A stretch of DNA of 61,248 nt, filler included, from a candidate division TA06 bacterium SM23_40 (lineage in GTDB: Bacteria; LJUI01; SM1-40): NCBI GenBank assembly GCA_001303705.1. It is 4 parts of 4 records of this genome, joined end to end, with 100 filler letters (N's around TTAATTAATTAA, not from the genome) between each part and the next. Parts side by side here need not be neighbours in the genome. Positions count along the whole stretch, not along the records: positions 38,732 to 54,314 come from LJUI01000055.1; 3 more parts are not named here. One strand, given 5' to 3'. A program made the translations under genes and the position numbers. A model generated the notes under the pieces. The model saw nothing but the letters and a program-made list of their open reading frames with translations. It did no database searches and had not been told where the DNA came from. Shown piece by piece: positions 40,413 through 51,041 of this stretch. Numbering within the stretch: the stretch's first letter is position 1; every line of letters begins with the position of its first letter.

Positions 40413-43400
40413 GTGCGAAGCGCGAAGGCAGTGGTAGCGATCATAGCCGGCATTGTGGCGGCTCTCTCCGTCTCTGCTGGTGGAGGCTCGGACTCGTCTG
40501 CCGGTGGAACGGGAGGCGGAGGGCCGGGCGAGGAGGTTTTCACGATCACTCAGACCGTGGAGATCCCGCCCCGCGGGTACCATGTCCTGCGTTGGCGGAG
40601 CGACATTCGTCGCCTCGACGTGCTCGAACCATTCTCCCGGCAGTCGCTCCTCCCCCCGGAGACAGAGCGACAGGTGGAACGCACGCCGGCCTGGATACAG
40701 GACGACCTCCGCTGGACCCTTTCGGAACTCGCGCGCATCCCGATCGAATCGGGAGAGGGCGCCCGGCCGAGGTTCTCCGATGTGGACGGCGATGGACTGG
40801 AGGATCTGGTCCTCTTGTCTGACGCGGGATCAGTGCGCGTGTTCCGCGCACCGGGTTGGGTGGAGGTGAAGGACGACCACCTGCAGGGGGCCAAAGCAGC
40901 GGGGGTATCCCGGGGAGACGCTTCGTTCGATGCGGCGAAGAGGGCGGCAGCGGCCGCGGGAATCGAGGGGGCGGCGACCCTGTTCGATCTGGACGGGGAT
41001 GGTGTGCTCGATCTGGTCGCGTGCCGGGACGATGGCACTCTTGTCGCGCGTAAGGGAAGAGACTACACACAGGAACTATCCGGTTTCGAGGGGATCGTTC
41101 TCGACGGGCCGGCCGCTCCGGCTTTCGGCGATGTTGACGGAGATGCCCTATCCGATCTGGTGCTCGTCACCGAGGAGGGGAGGGTCCTCTTGTACGGCAA
41201 CTATGGGAGCCGTGACGAAGCAGCGTTCCTCGTGTACTCGACCCACCCCAGGCTCACCTTTCCTATGGATGTCGGGTACGGGAGCCGTCCGGCGTTCGCC
41301 GACATCGATGGTGATGGGGAACTCGATCTCGTCACCGGGAGCCGAGATGGCCCGCTCAGGTGTTTTCTCGGGCCTGACTGGGTTGAGCATCATGGCCTCT
41401 TCCTCGCCCAGATCGATGTCGGGGAGTGGGATGCCCCTGCCCTGGGCGATCTAAACGGGGATGGTGCCGTGGACCTCGTCGTGGGTGATGCCGCGGGAGG
41501 GATCCACCTGTGGTGGGGCCCGGACTGGCACAGAGAGCCATCGATCCCCTGGGAGGCCGTGAGTGGATATGCATCGCCTGCCATCGGTGACATTGATGGC
41601 GACGGGGTGGCAGAGCTCATCGTGGGCGACGTCGACGGATCTGTCACTATCTTCGAGATCTCCGGAGAGTCGCGGCCTGGCGAAACCGTCGCACCGGGTC
41701 GATCGTGCGCACCGGCCGTGGGGGACGTCAATGCGGATGGGAAAATGGATCTGGTCATCGGGACTCAGCTCGGAGAGCTCGTCGCTCTGGTCGGACCTGA
41801 CCTCGAGTCGGATACGACACTTCTCCCCGGCGCCGATGTGGGTGAGCTGGCGACCCCTGTCGTGGTCGATCTCGACGGCGACGGTCTTCCCGAAATCGTC
41901 TCGGGGAATCTCGATGGGCGGGTATTCGTCTTCGCCGACGTCGATGGGAGGTATGTCGAGCGATCCTCGTGGGAGTTCGCTTCTTCGGGGAGGACGGCCA
42001 CGATTGAGGACTACTATGGGCGGTACTTCCCCGAGCGCGAGGAGCTGCTCGGGTGGAATGATCTCGAGGCGCTTGAAACGGTTACCGATCTTCTATCTCG
42101 CTGCCCGCGGGAGCAGATCGACGAGGTGGCGTTTGCACTCGCACACACTCCGGCCGAGGTGCTGCGGGCCATGATCAGGTTGGGTGAGCTCGACCTACTC
42201 CTCGAGAACGCGCGAGATATCTATGACATGGCGGGGCGCCTCCCCTATGCCAGGCTCGTGGAGAACGGGGAGGAGACGGTGCTCGAGCACTGTCTCGACG
42301 GCGGGAGGTGGGAAGCTCTGCCGAGGGAGATCTACTACTGGTGGGTCGTCCACCCGCGGATCCTGTACGAGGTGCCGGCCCGGATCGATGCGTCGTATTG
42401 GGAGAAGCCACCCGAGTACTACGGCCAGGACCGGACGACGTGGCTCAGACATGAGCCCACGCCCGACATCCACGATCCCGAGGCCGATGGCGTCTTCTGG
42501 CGGTCTGCCCTGCCCTTCGATCGGCGATATGGTACGACGCTCTTCGAGGGAGTAGGGGCAGCACCCACAGTCATGGATGCGATCGAGCAACTTCATCGCT
42601 GGATCAGCTGGCAGGAGCCGGGCGCGTTCATGAGCTTCGGGTACGAAACACAGGATCTGCAGCCGATGGTCATCCTTGCAAAGGCCTATGGATCGTGTGG
42701 CGAGCAGTCGATCCTCACGGCCGCCTGCTCCCGGTCGATGCTGCTTCCAACGCTCGTCGTCTCCGACCGGGGAGAGGACCACCAGTGGAACGAGTTCTAC
42801 TACCTTGGAGAGTGGTACCACTGGGATGTGAATAATCCACTGCCGCGCGGCATCGGATCTCCCTGGGTCTCATGCGAGGGGTTGGAGCGGAGGGGGAAGA
42901 CCGTCTCTGCGGTGACCGCCTGGAGGGGGGATGATGTGATGCACGACGTCACCACCCGCGTCGTCAACCCCTCAGGCGTCGAGTACACGTCATGCGGACG
43001 CGGGTACACCGACACAGGGCACCTGACGGTCGTCGTCGAGGATCGAGAGGGTCTGCCGGTCGATGGTGCACTCGTTGTCATCAAGAGCCACTGGGAAAGG
43101 CGGAACCTCGTCAGTGTCTGGGGGTACACTGACCCCCGTGGGAAGGTGGAGTTCGATCTCGGGTACGAGCCGTACGGCGGTTACACCATCGAGGTGCTCT
43201 CCCCGTACGGTACCGCAGGGACGACCAACTTCTCCATCGATGAGGGCAGGTCCCATACCGCCTCCTACCGGCTCCCCTGCTCCCGGATCGAGACGCCGCC
43301 GCCCCTGCCGCGGGGAGGAGCGCTCGCCGCGTGGGAGCCGGTGGGGGCCGAGAGGGGGGAGGGCGTGACGCCGATCGCCAGTCCAGGGGCGGAGCGAGTC

Positions 43401-45071
43401 TCCTTCTCCTTCGCAGTGGAGGGGGGACGGCAGTACCGGCCCAATTTCGTCACACATAGCCCGTACCGGATCGGCGAGTATCTGAGCGAACGGGCGGGGT
43501 ATCGCGGCACTCGACGGTATGTCGCGGAGGTGCGCGAGCACGACCAGGTCTCCATGTTCGCGCTGGGGAAAGAAGGATATCTCCGAGCATTGGATGGCTC
43601 CGTCCCGTGGAAGGCGGGGCTGGCTGAGAGGGCGCTCCGGGAGGCGGTCTGGGATGCTGCGAGTGATGCGTATATCATCTTCCACAACGGCGCGGAGCGG
43701 ACATCGGCGGTCGTCACGATCACCGCGGATCTTGCCGGGGAGACGGAGCCACCCGAGGTGACGATCGATCAGCCCACGATCTCCCGGCGCCGGGTGGGAG
43801 ATGTGATCGGGTTCTCCGGCGAAGTGAGCGACAACCTCGGGATAGGAGGATTGAGGCTGAGCTTCGACGGCGGTTATTCGTGGAGGGAACTTCCCCCCGC
43901 TTGCATCAGCGCCGGGGGGGAGGGCCCGACCGGGGTGAAGAATGAAGGCGGCGGGAGAGCGGGCGGGAGCGGCGGTGCCGCGGGGACGGGAACCACGTGG
44001 AGATACGAATGGGCGACGGCAGACAGCGGCCCCGGGCTCGGCGGTCAGTATTCGGTGCTCGTCGAGGCGCACGATATGGGTGGGAACCGTTCCAGGGCCG
44101 GGCCCGTCGAACTCACCGTCTCGCGCTCGGCCGACTTCTCCGACCAGGTCGTGCGCCAGGACGATCCATCCTCGCCCCTTCCCTCGGTGAGCTGGATCTG
44201 GGGGCCGCTCCGCGTTCCGGAGGGGGAAAGGCTCATGGAGATGCACACCGTGGGGAAGAGTACTGACCTCGATGTCGATCTGTACCTCTATCGCGATGCG
44301 AACAGGAACGGGGTGATCGACGGTCCAGGGGAGCAGGTGGCGACATCAGCAGGTCCCACTGCTGAGGAGCGGATACATCGAGACTCACCGGAGCCCGGGA
44401 CATACTGGCTCTATGTGCAGGGGTTTGATGTGCCCGGGGATAGCGGCGTCATCGACGTCTTCTCGGCAGTTGCGCATCCGCTGGGGATCCTTCGCTCCAG
44501 AAGCCCGGTCGGCCCGGTGAATGAGGCGCAGCAGGAAGAAGGGCTGCTTGAGATCCGGGTTCAGGTGAAGAGCGTTGCCGCCATCGGCCGGGGAGACTGG
44601 GAGATCACCGTAGATGGCGAGGATGTTATCTCGGCGAGCAGGTTCGAGGAGGGCTGGATCCGGTACGCGCCGTCCGAGGCCTACTCTTGTGGCTCCACTC
44701 ATGAGGTCGTCGTTCGCGTGGGCGATCTGGCCGGTAACGAAGATGAACAGACGTGGACATTCGTCATCGACCGGTCGCCTCCGCGCCTCACCATACTCGC
44801 TCCGGGCCAGGGAGCCCGCGTCCGGAACGGCCTCCAGCTCCTCGTGGAGGCACGTGACAATGAGGAGCTCCGTGCGGTGCGGTATCGCGTCGGCGGGGGA
44901 ACCTGGACGGCGATGTCGCGCGTGCGCAACAGGCCGGGCCGGTTCGTCGCCACCTGGGATGCCGAGCATGTCGTTCCCGGCCATCATCGTCTGGAGATAG
45001 AGGCCGTCGACCGGGCGGAAAATCGTACATCTCGGATCGTCCGGGTGACGCTCGTTGAGAGCGGGAAGTAG
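40413..45071 (+). CDS. Large secreted protein: FG-GAP/VCBS repeats + transglutaminase-like Cys-His-Asp domain + Ig-like/PPC domains
   Basis: Signal peptide; many P-x-x-x-D-x-DGDG-x-x-DL repeats; YGSCGEQ...DHQWNE...WYHWD; DVDLYL...PGTYWLYV; C-terminal Ig-like domains. Confidence 0.85.
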   Translation: MRSAKAVVAIIAGIVAALSVSAGGGSDSSAGGTGGGGPGEEVFTITQTVEIPPRGYHVLRWRSDIRRLDVLEPFSRQSLLPPETERQVERTPAWIQDDLRWTLSELARIPIESGEGARPRFSDVDGDGLEDLVLLSDAGSVRVFRAPGWVEVKDDHLQGAKAAGVSRGDASFDAAKRAAAAAGIEGAATLFDLDGDGVLDLVACRDDGTLVARKGRDYTQELSGFEGIVLDGPAAPAFGDVDGDALSDLVLVTEEGRVLLYGNYGSRDEAAFLVYSTHPRLTFPMDVGYGSRPAFADIDGDGELDLVTGSRDGPLRCFLGPDWVEHHGLFLAQIDVGEWDAPALGDLNGDGAVDLVVGDAAGGIHLWWGPDWHREPSIPWEAVSGYASPAIGDIDGDGVAELIVGDVDGSVTIFEISGESRPGETVAPGRSCAPAVGDVNADGKMDLVIGTQLGELVALVGPDLESDTTLLPGADVGELATPVVVDLDGDGLPEIVSGNLDGRVFVFADVDGRYVERSSWEFASSGRTATIEDYYGRYFPEREELLGWNDLEALETVTDLLSRCPREQIDEVAFALAHTPAEVLRAMIRLGELDLLLENARDIYDMAGRLPYARLVENGEETVLEHCLDGGRWEALPREIYYWWVVHPRILYEVPARIDASYWEKPPEYYGQDRTTWLRHEPTPDIHDPEADGVFWRSALPFDRRYGTTLFEGVGAAPTVMDAIEQLHRWISWQEPGAFMSFGYETQDLQPMVILAKAYGSCGEQSILTAACSRSMLLPTLVVSDRGEDHQWNEFYYLGEWYHWDVNNPLPRGIGSPWVSCEGLERRGKTVSAVTAWRGDDVMHDVTTRVVNPSGVEYTSCGRGYTDTGHLTVVVEDREGLPVDGALVVIKSHWERRNLVSVWGYTDPRGKVEFDLGYEPYGGYTIEVLSPYGTAGTTNFSIDEGRSHTASYRLPCSRIETPPPLPRGGALAAWEPVGAERGEGVTPIASPGAERVSFSFAVEGGRQYRPNFVTHSPYRIGEYLSERAGYRGTRRYVAEVREHDQVSMFALGKEGYLRALDGSVPWKAGLAERALREAVWDAASDAYIIFHNGAERTSAVVTITADLAGETEPPEVTIDQPTISRRRVGDVIGFSGEVSDNLGIGGLRLSFDGGYSWRELPPACISAGGEGPTGVKNEGGGRAGGSGGAAGTGTTWRYEWATADSGPGLGGQYSVLVEAHDMGGNRSRAGPVELTVSRSADFSDQVVRQDDPSSPLPSVSWIWGPLRVPEGERLMEMHTVGKSTDLDVDLYLYRDANRNGVIDGPGEQVATSAGPTAEERIHRDSPEPGTYWLYVQGFDVPGDSGVIDVFSAVAHPLGILRSRSPVGPVNEAQQEEGLLEIRVQVKSVAAIGRGDWEITVDGEDVISASRFEEGWIRYAPSEAYSCGSTHEVVVRVGDLAGNEDEQTWTFVIDRSPPRLTILAPGQGARVRNGLQLLVEARDNEELRAVRYRVGGGTWTAMSRVRNRPGRFVATWDAEHVVPGHHRLEIEAVDRAENRTSRIVRVTLVESGK

Positions 45072-45171
45072 ATACTGTCGGGCCGCCTCGTCCCGATCAA
45101 AGTAGCGGAAGGCCGATCGCGGCGAGGCGTCGCAGACCCTTTCTGAGACGCACGCAGCAGAGCGGGAATCG

Positions 45172-46470
45172 ATGCGACAAGTCTTCATCATCTCGTACTT
45201 TTTTCCACCCCTTGGGCTGGCCGGGGTCCAGCGGACACTCAAGTTCATCAAATACCTCCCTTCGTACGGGTGGCGAGCCACCGTACTCACGGTGAAGGAA
45301 GTCGACTGGTTCGTCAGAGATCGGACGTTGCTCGACGAGGTGCCCGAGGATGTCGAGGTCATCCGCACTGAATCTCTGGAACCCTTCCGATTGACCCATC
45401 TCCTCCTGCCCCGCCGCGGCAGCGGCGTGAGCCAGGCACAATTTCTCCTGCGGCGCGGCCCGTTTCCCTATTTGAACGATTTCCTCTTCGTTCCCGACGG
45501 CAAAGTCGGCTGGGTACCGGCCGCCCTGGGGCAGGCACGGCGGGCGGCCCTCGCCGATCACTTCGATCTGATCTACTCTACTGCACCCCCGTACAGCGCC
45601 CATCTGCTGGCCAGCTTGCTGAAGCTCCATACCGGCCTACCGATGGTGATCGACTTCCGGGATTCGTGGAGCGACAATCCGTTCACTCGTCGCCCCACCC
45701 CGTTCCACCGGGCGCTGGTGTCGTACCTGGAGCGTCGGACCTTGCGGCGCGCCGACGTGGTCGTTGCCGTCGATCGAGCCATCGCAGGACTTCTCGCCCG
45801 CAAGCTCCGTCCGGAGGAGCAATCGAAGGTGAGGGTCGTCGAACAGGGATATGATCCGGAGGACTTCCTGGTGCGGCCGGCACCCCGCGATCGCCGATTC
45901 ACGATCGTGTACACCGGCACGTTCATCGGTGATAGGACATGTCGGTATCTGTTGACTGCCCTCAGTCACCTGATCGTCCAGGGGCGTATCCCGCGCGATG
46001 ATGTGAGGGTCTGCTTTGTCGGTGCGAGAGCCAGGTCAGAGGAGCAAGTCGCTACGCGGCTCGGGCTGGACGAAGTTGTGGAGTTCATCCCCTATGTGCC
46101 TCACCGCGACAGCATCTCCTATCTTATGAGCGCAGATCTGCTGTGGCTGATCATCGGGCCCGATGAAGGGGAGACGATCGCAACCGGGAAGTTATACGAG
46201 TACCTCGGCGCGAGGCGGCCAATTCTGGCGAGCGTGCCCCGTGGTATGGCCCAGGAACTCATCGAGTCGACAGGCGCTGGAATCGCTGTCCATCCACGGG
46301 ACGTTCCGGGGTTGGAGCGCGTGCTGTTGCAACTGTACCGGAACTACAAGCAGGATAGGCAACTGCCGGAGATCCCCCCCGAGGTGGCCGCGCGCTTCGA
46401 TCGTCGCTATCTCACGGGCAAACTCGCAGCCATCTTCGACGAAGCTGTCCGGGCCCGGGGTCGAGCATGA
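45172..46470 (+). CDS. Glycosyltransferase family 4
   Basis: YFFPP...GVQRTLKFIKYL, STAPPYSAH, DFRDSW, GKLYEYLGA. Confidence 0.88.
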   Translation: MRQVFIISYFFPPLGLAGVQRTLKFIKYLPSYGWRATVLTVKEVDWFVRDRTLLDEVPEDVEVIRTESLEPFRLTHLLLPRRGSGVSQAQFLLRRGPFPYLNDFLFVPDGKVGWVPAALGQARRAALADHFDLIYSTAPPYSAHLLASLLKLHTGLPMVIDFRDSWSDNPFTRRPTPFHRALVSYLERRTLRRADVVVAVDRAIAGLLARKLRPEEQSKVRVVEQGYDPEDFLVRPAPRDRRFTIVYTGTFIGDRTCRYLLTALSHLIVQGRIPRDDVRVCFVGARARSEEQVATRLGLDEVVEFIPYVPHRDSISYLMSADLLWLIIGPDEGETIATGKLYEYLGARRPILASVPRGMAQELIESTGAGIAVHPRDVPGLERVLLQLYRNYKQDRQLPEIPPEVAARFDRRYLTGKLAAIFDEAVRARGRA

Positions 46471-46978
46471 CTTCGCAGTCGGCTATCCGGCCCGTGCACG
46501 AGATGAGCGACAGATGTGAGCGACTATCGGATGCTCGAATCGACGGAGAGTTGATGAGATGGTGCCCGCCTGACGTAGGGAATGGTGAGCACCTCATCGC
46601 CTCTGCCCTCGCTCGACTTTCGGGCACGCGAGGGAGCGGGCGTTGAAGGTGATCGACAGCGACTGCGAAATCGGCTCCTCTCCCGGGAGAGGAAGCGGGT
46701 AAGGGAGGACCGTGCTACTCGCCGGGGAGGGAGACAGCAAACCGGGAAGGGGGAGACCAGACGGGGAAGAAAAACTAACTCTTGACTAGCGTAGATAAAT
46801 GTGGTAAGGTTATCAAAATGACTGCCCCGGAGCGGCCGTATGCGGCCTGCGGGGGAGCCGATATCCCGCCATTGTGGCGGGTCGATTGATGATTATGGGA
46901 GCCGGGGCACCTGGCGACGGAGGTAGGTGTATATCTCCGGGCTGCCTGGCTGAGCGAGGGGCGGAGGAGCGGTAGAGG

Positions 46979-49459
46979 ATGCGATGGGTCGGCTATGTGC
47001 TTCTGGCAGGGGGACTTCTAGGCTTCATCATGGTGTGGGGGGCCGGCGCTGGCCCTCTCTTTTTTCCTGCCAGACGGGACTTCGAGGTGGGGTACACACC
47101 AACTTCCCTCACTGCAGCAGATCTGAATGAAGATGAATTCGTGGATCTCGCGGTAGTCAATGCGGGAGCGAGCACGATCTCCATCATGGTCGGCGATGGC
47201 GAGGGCGGCTTCTCTCGCCTGGCAGAGATCACAATCGGCGGCGAACCCCGTGCAGTGACCGCCGGTTATTGCAATGGGGATGAACACTGGGATCTGGTTG
47301 TGGTCGAGCGCCAGGGGAACGGGGTGTACGTTCTCCTGGGGAATGGGCACGGCGGGTTCCAGGTGAACGGCCCGTTCACGGTAGGTAACGGTCCCCGCTG
47401 GGTGGCGATCGGCGATTTCAACGAAGATGAGAGCGCTGATGCGGTGGTGGCGAACGAGTTCGATGCCAGTGTCTCCGTGCTCATAGGTGATGGTCAGGGG
47501 TCGTTCGAGCGAGTCCAGCACTATGCTGTGGGCGACGCGCCGTCCTCGATCGCGGTGGCCGACTACAACGAGGATACCCACCTAGACCTTGCCGTGGCCA
47601 GCGAGCTGGACAATGAGGTCGACGTGCTTCTGGGAAATGGCAACGGGGCCTTCATGTCTCTCGATCCTCTCCCTGTCGGGCAGCATCCCCGTTCCGTGGC
47701 CTGCGGCCTCTTCGATGAAGACGACCATATAGACCTTGCCGTGACCAATCTCCTGAGCAATTCCATCTCTGTCCTCCTGGGCGATGGCCAGGGCGGGTTC
47801 GGCCAGGCGTCGACGTATCAGGTAGGTCCAGGACCGTGGGGGCTGGCTGTGGGAGACGTCGATGGGGACGACGTCGTCGATCTCGCAGTCTCCAACTTCT
47901 CGCTCGGTGCGGTCTCGGTACTTCGTGGTAATGGTGGAGGGGGATTCCAGCTGATCGGGAGGTATGTCGCCGGGACCGGTCCTCGTACCACACTCCTCGA
48001 GGACCTCAATGCGGACGATCACCTCGATATCGTGACCGTCAACTTCTGGATCAACTCCATTTCCACCCTGGTGGGTGACGGGACCGGGCAGTTTGCCGTC
48101 TGCCCATCGTTCGACGTGGGAACCGGACCGCTCGCTGTTGCGGTCGGCGAGTTCTCCCAGGACGGTCATCTGGATGTCGCCGTGGTGGATGAGCTCGATA
48201 ACGACGTATCGGTACTGTTGGGGGACGGCTCAGGGGACTTGGGCGATCTCGCGAGTTATCCGGCGGGAGCGTACCCCCAGCACATCGTCGCTGCTGAACT
48301 GAATAACGATGATGTCAACGATCTGGTGGTGGCGAACAACATGACAGGGACTGTCGCGGTGCTTCTCGGGCTGGAGCACGGCGGATTCGGCGAACCTACG
48401 CCCTTCGATGCAGGGAGCGGACCGTGCTGGGTCCAGCCGCTCGACTTATGGTCTGATGGTCATCTCGATCTCCTCGTTGCTGATTCCTGGAGCGGAATGG
48501 TGGCAGCGCTCCGTGGTGATGGCCTCGGCCATTTCGGCGAGCCGATCTTCTATGGCGTCGGCCTTGATCCGCGGTCGATCGGCGAGGGAGACTTCAACGA
48601 AGACGGTAACCGCGATGCAGCGGTGGCCAACTACATGAGTGGCAGTGTCACGGTCTTTGTCGGTGATGGGCAGGGGGGACTTGACGAGATCGGTACGTTC
48701 CCTGTCGGCGCGGGGCCGCGGGCGATTGCGGTTGGGGATTTCAATGAGGATGGGCATCAGGATCTGGCTGTGGCCTGCGAGTCCGACGGGATGGTCTCGG
48801 TGCTCCTCGGGCTCGGGTCAGGATCGTTTCAGACAACGCTCGGGTTCAGTGCCGGCATGGGTCCTCGGGCGATCGCGGTCGGGGAGATCGATTGCGATGG
48901 ACATCAGGATCTGGTCGTGGGAGCAGAGTGGAGTCGTACTATTGTTGTTTTCTTGGGCGATGGGGTAGGGAGATTCACGGAGGCAGGCCAGTTTGGCGCG
49001 GGACAGGGGCCGACTGCGGTCGCTCTCGGCGATCTAGATGAGGACGGGCATCAGGATGTTGTGGCATCGAACTACCTTGGCGACGATATCTCGGTCTTGC
49101 TCAACGCAGCAGTCTCGCCTGTCTCAGTGACGGTGATCCCACACGACCCCATGCCGCTTGTCTTCCCAAGGCCATATCTGGCGAGGGCGAGAGAGATCGT
49201 GGCCAATCATAGTCATGACTCAGTGCGGGTGGGCGTGGTCGCTGCTGTCATCGATTCTGAGGGCGATACCTTGCGGGTAGGAACACGAGTCCTCAATCTT
49301 CCGGGGCAGTCTGTCTCCGAGGTCCACAGAGAACTGGTAGTTCCTGCCTCGCTCCCGCCCGGCAGCTACCGATTCGTGGTGACGGCATACCGTCTTGCTG
49401 GCGAGGCTCGCCCGCCTCGTCTGGATCGCTTCATTCTGCCGATTGTGCTCAAGGAGTGA
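46979..49459 (+). CDS. Secreted FG-GAP/VCBS repeat protein with a C-terminal beta domain
   Basis: Signal peptide; about 14 repeats of GP-x-x-x-A-x-GDFNEDG-x-x-DL-x-V-x-N...VSVLLG-x-G-x-G-x-F. Confidence 0.9.
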   Translation: MRWVGYVLLAGGLLGFIMVWGAGAGPLFFPARRDFEVGYTPTSLTAADLNEDEFVDLAVVNAGASTISIMVGDGEGGFSRLAEITIGGEPRAVTAGYCNGDEHWDLVVVERQGNGVYVLLGNGHGGFQVNGPFTVGNGPRWVAIGDFNEDESADAVVANEFDASVSVLIGDGQGSFERVQHYAVGDAPSSIAVADYNEDTHLDLAVASELDNEVDVLLGNGNGAFMSLDPLPVGQHPRSVACGLFDEDDHIDLAVTNLLSNSISVLLGDGQGGFGQASTYQVGPGPWGLAVGDVDGDDVVDLAVSNFSLGAVSVLRGNGGGGFQLIGRYVAGTGPRTTLLEDLNADDHLDIVTVNFWINSISTLVGDGTGQFAVCPSFDVGTGPLAVAVGEFSQDGHLDVAVVDELDNDVSVLLGDGSGDLGDLASYPAGAYPQHIVAAELNNDDVNDLVVANNMTGTVAVLLGLEHGGFGEPTPFDAGSGPCWVQPLDLWSDGHLDLLVADSWSGMVAALRGDGLGHFGEPIFYGVGLDPRSIGEGDFNEDGNRDAAVANYMSGSVTVFVGDGQGGLDEIGTFPVGAGPRAIAVGDFNEDGHQDLAVACESDGMVSVLLGLGSGSFQTTLGFSAGMGPRAIAVGEIDCDGHQDLVVGAEWSRTIVVFLGDGVGRFTEAGQFGAGQGPTAVALGDLDEDGHQDVVASNYLGDDISVLLNAAVSPVSVTVIPHDPMPLVFPRPYLARAREIVANHSHDSVRVGVVAAVIDSEGDTLRVGTRVLNLPGQSVSEVHRELVVPASLPPGSYRFVVTAYRLAGEARPPRLDRFILPIVLKE

Positions 49460-49506
49460 AAGCCCGGCCGGGCAGCGAGCGATCGAAATGACAATACCCT
49501 ATGGTG

Positions 49507-49536
49507 GGCCCCGCAGACTCATGAGTCTGCGGGGCC
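49507..49536. terminator. Perfect 30-bp palindrome between convergent genes (probable terminator/stability hairpin)
   Basis: GGCCCCGCAGACTCATGAGTCTGCGGGGCC is its own reverse complement; no clear U-tract. Confidence 0.55.
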
Positions 49537-49702
49537 TTGGACCGGAGGTGGGAAGCTTGCATGATGGTTGTGAAGAGGCCGCCCGGCAAGGGTGGGTGAT
49601 GTTTTCGTCAATTGCATGTGAGCATCACATAGTACCGGGCGGCCTAATGCTGATAGACCGGAACGACTCATAGTATCGAGAAAGCTCTTCGATTCCTTCC
49701 TC

Positions 49703-50323
49703 CTACCCTCTAACGCCGCGGCTCAATGGTCGCGTTTGTCGCGTTTCGGTCATCTGGTAGATTGCCAGCTGGTGGATCTGGTCGACGAGTGCTCCCAGAT
49801 CGAACGGTTTCGTGAAGAAGGCGACAGCGCCGCAGGCAAGAATCTTCCTCCTCATTCCCACTTCCCCCGGACCGCCGATGGCGATGACTTGAGTGTGACG
49901 GCTCAAGGGATCGGCTTTTATCTTCTTGCAGACAGCGACGCCGTTGAGATCTGGCATCGTGATGTCGAGCAGGACGATATGTGGTCGGAATCTGCCGATT
50001 TCAATGAGAGTGCCGATGCCATCGGGCGCGGTTCGGAGGTCGAACCTCTGCTCCCGCTGACCGAGTGCTTCTCGGAGGACAGTGATCATTCCCTCCTCGT
50101 CTTCGGCTATCAATATCCGGGTCCGTGGCTGCTTCAGATCATCCGGAAGCGGCATCCTCCTCTCTCTGAGAAAGGCAAGCAGGTCGGACTCCATGACACG
50201 CCGATGTCCGCCTGGTGTGCGGTAGCCTGCCATCAGGCCCTGATCGATCCACGTGCAGACCGCCTTGCGATCACAGCGGAGCATCCTGCTGATGCGGTGT
50301 GTCGTGAAGATGCGTTGCATCAC
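49703..50323 (-). CDS. Response regulator with an N-terminal excisionase/MerR-like HTH
   Basis: WIDQGLM-x-GYRTPGGHRR; REC domain ILIAEDE...LLDITMPDLNG...KPF. Confidence 0.85.
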   Translation of the reverse strand: MMQRIFTTHRISRMLRCDRKAVCTWIDQGLMAGYRTPGGHRRVMESDLLAFLRERRMPLPDDLKQPRTRILIAEDEEGMITVLREALGQREQRFDLRTAPDGIGTLIEIGRFRPHIVLLDITMPDLNGVAVCKKIKADPLSRHTQVIAIGGPGEVGMRRKILACGAVAFFTKPFDLGALVDQIHQLAIYQMTETRQTRPLSRGVRG

Positions 50324-50501
50324 GGCCTTACTCCCGCCTGTGCCCCTCGTCCTTTAACCCCGCTAATACCGAAATTCCACTTTCCCCTTCTCGGACGCAC
50401 AAGGGTAACGGAAGTGGGGAGTCGTGTCAAGTGAAAAATGAGGAATCTGTTCATGATCTAACCATACGCAAAAAAAGTGGACAGGAACCCGCCTTTTTCG
50501 C

Positions 50502-50575
50502 TTGACACGGAATGGCGATTCCCATAGAATGGCAAACCGCGGCAAGTTGTGGTGAATAGTGGGGAGAACGTGTAA
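50502..50575 (+). promoter_or_regulatory. dcw promoter with putative MraZ boxes
   Basis: TTGACA-N17-TAGAAT (50502-50530), then GTGGT/GTGGG/GTGTA at about 10-bp spacing. Confidence 0.75.
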
Positions 50576-50586
50576 CGAGGTGTCAC

Positions 50587-51030
50587 GTGACCAGGTTGAA
50601 AGGTGCCTATCTGAACTCCGTCGATCCGAAGGGGAGGATCAGTGTGCCGGCGCGATTCCGGAAGGCACTCGAATCCGATGGCCACCAGACCTTTGTGCTA
50701 ACGAGCGGTTTCGATCCCTGCCTTTTGCTCTACCCCCCCGATCAGTGGCGCAAGGTCGAAGCGTGGCTCGATTCACTTCCCATTGAACAACGCGCATGGC
50801 GGAACCTTGTCCGCCGGTTTGCCGCGTACGCACACGATGTCGCGTTTGACAAACAGGGAAGGATCACCGTACCCCCGGTCCTCAAGGAGTACGCCAAGCT
50901 CGACAGAGAAGTCCTTGTTATCGGGGTGTTCGACAGACTTGAGCTATGGAATCCATCCCTATTTGACGAACACGTCAAGGCATCGGAAGCATTCGATGAG
51001 CGACATGCCCCGGAGGCTTTTCGCAAGTAA
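50587..51030 (+). CDS. mraZ: Division/cell wall cluster regulator MraZ
   Basis: VDPKGRISVPARFR, DKQGRITVP, GVFDRLELW. Confidence 0.96.
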   Translation: MTRLKGAYLNSVDPKGRISVPARFRKALESDGHQTFVLTSGFDPCLLLYPPDQWRKVEAWLDSLPIEQRAWRNLVRRFAAYAHDVAFDKQGRITVPPVLKEYAKLDREVLVIGVFDRLELWNPSLFDEHVKASEAFDERHAPEAFRK

Positions 51031-51041
51031 GGTGGGGGATC

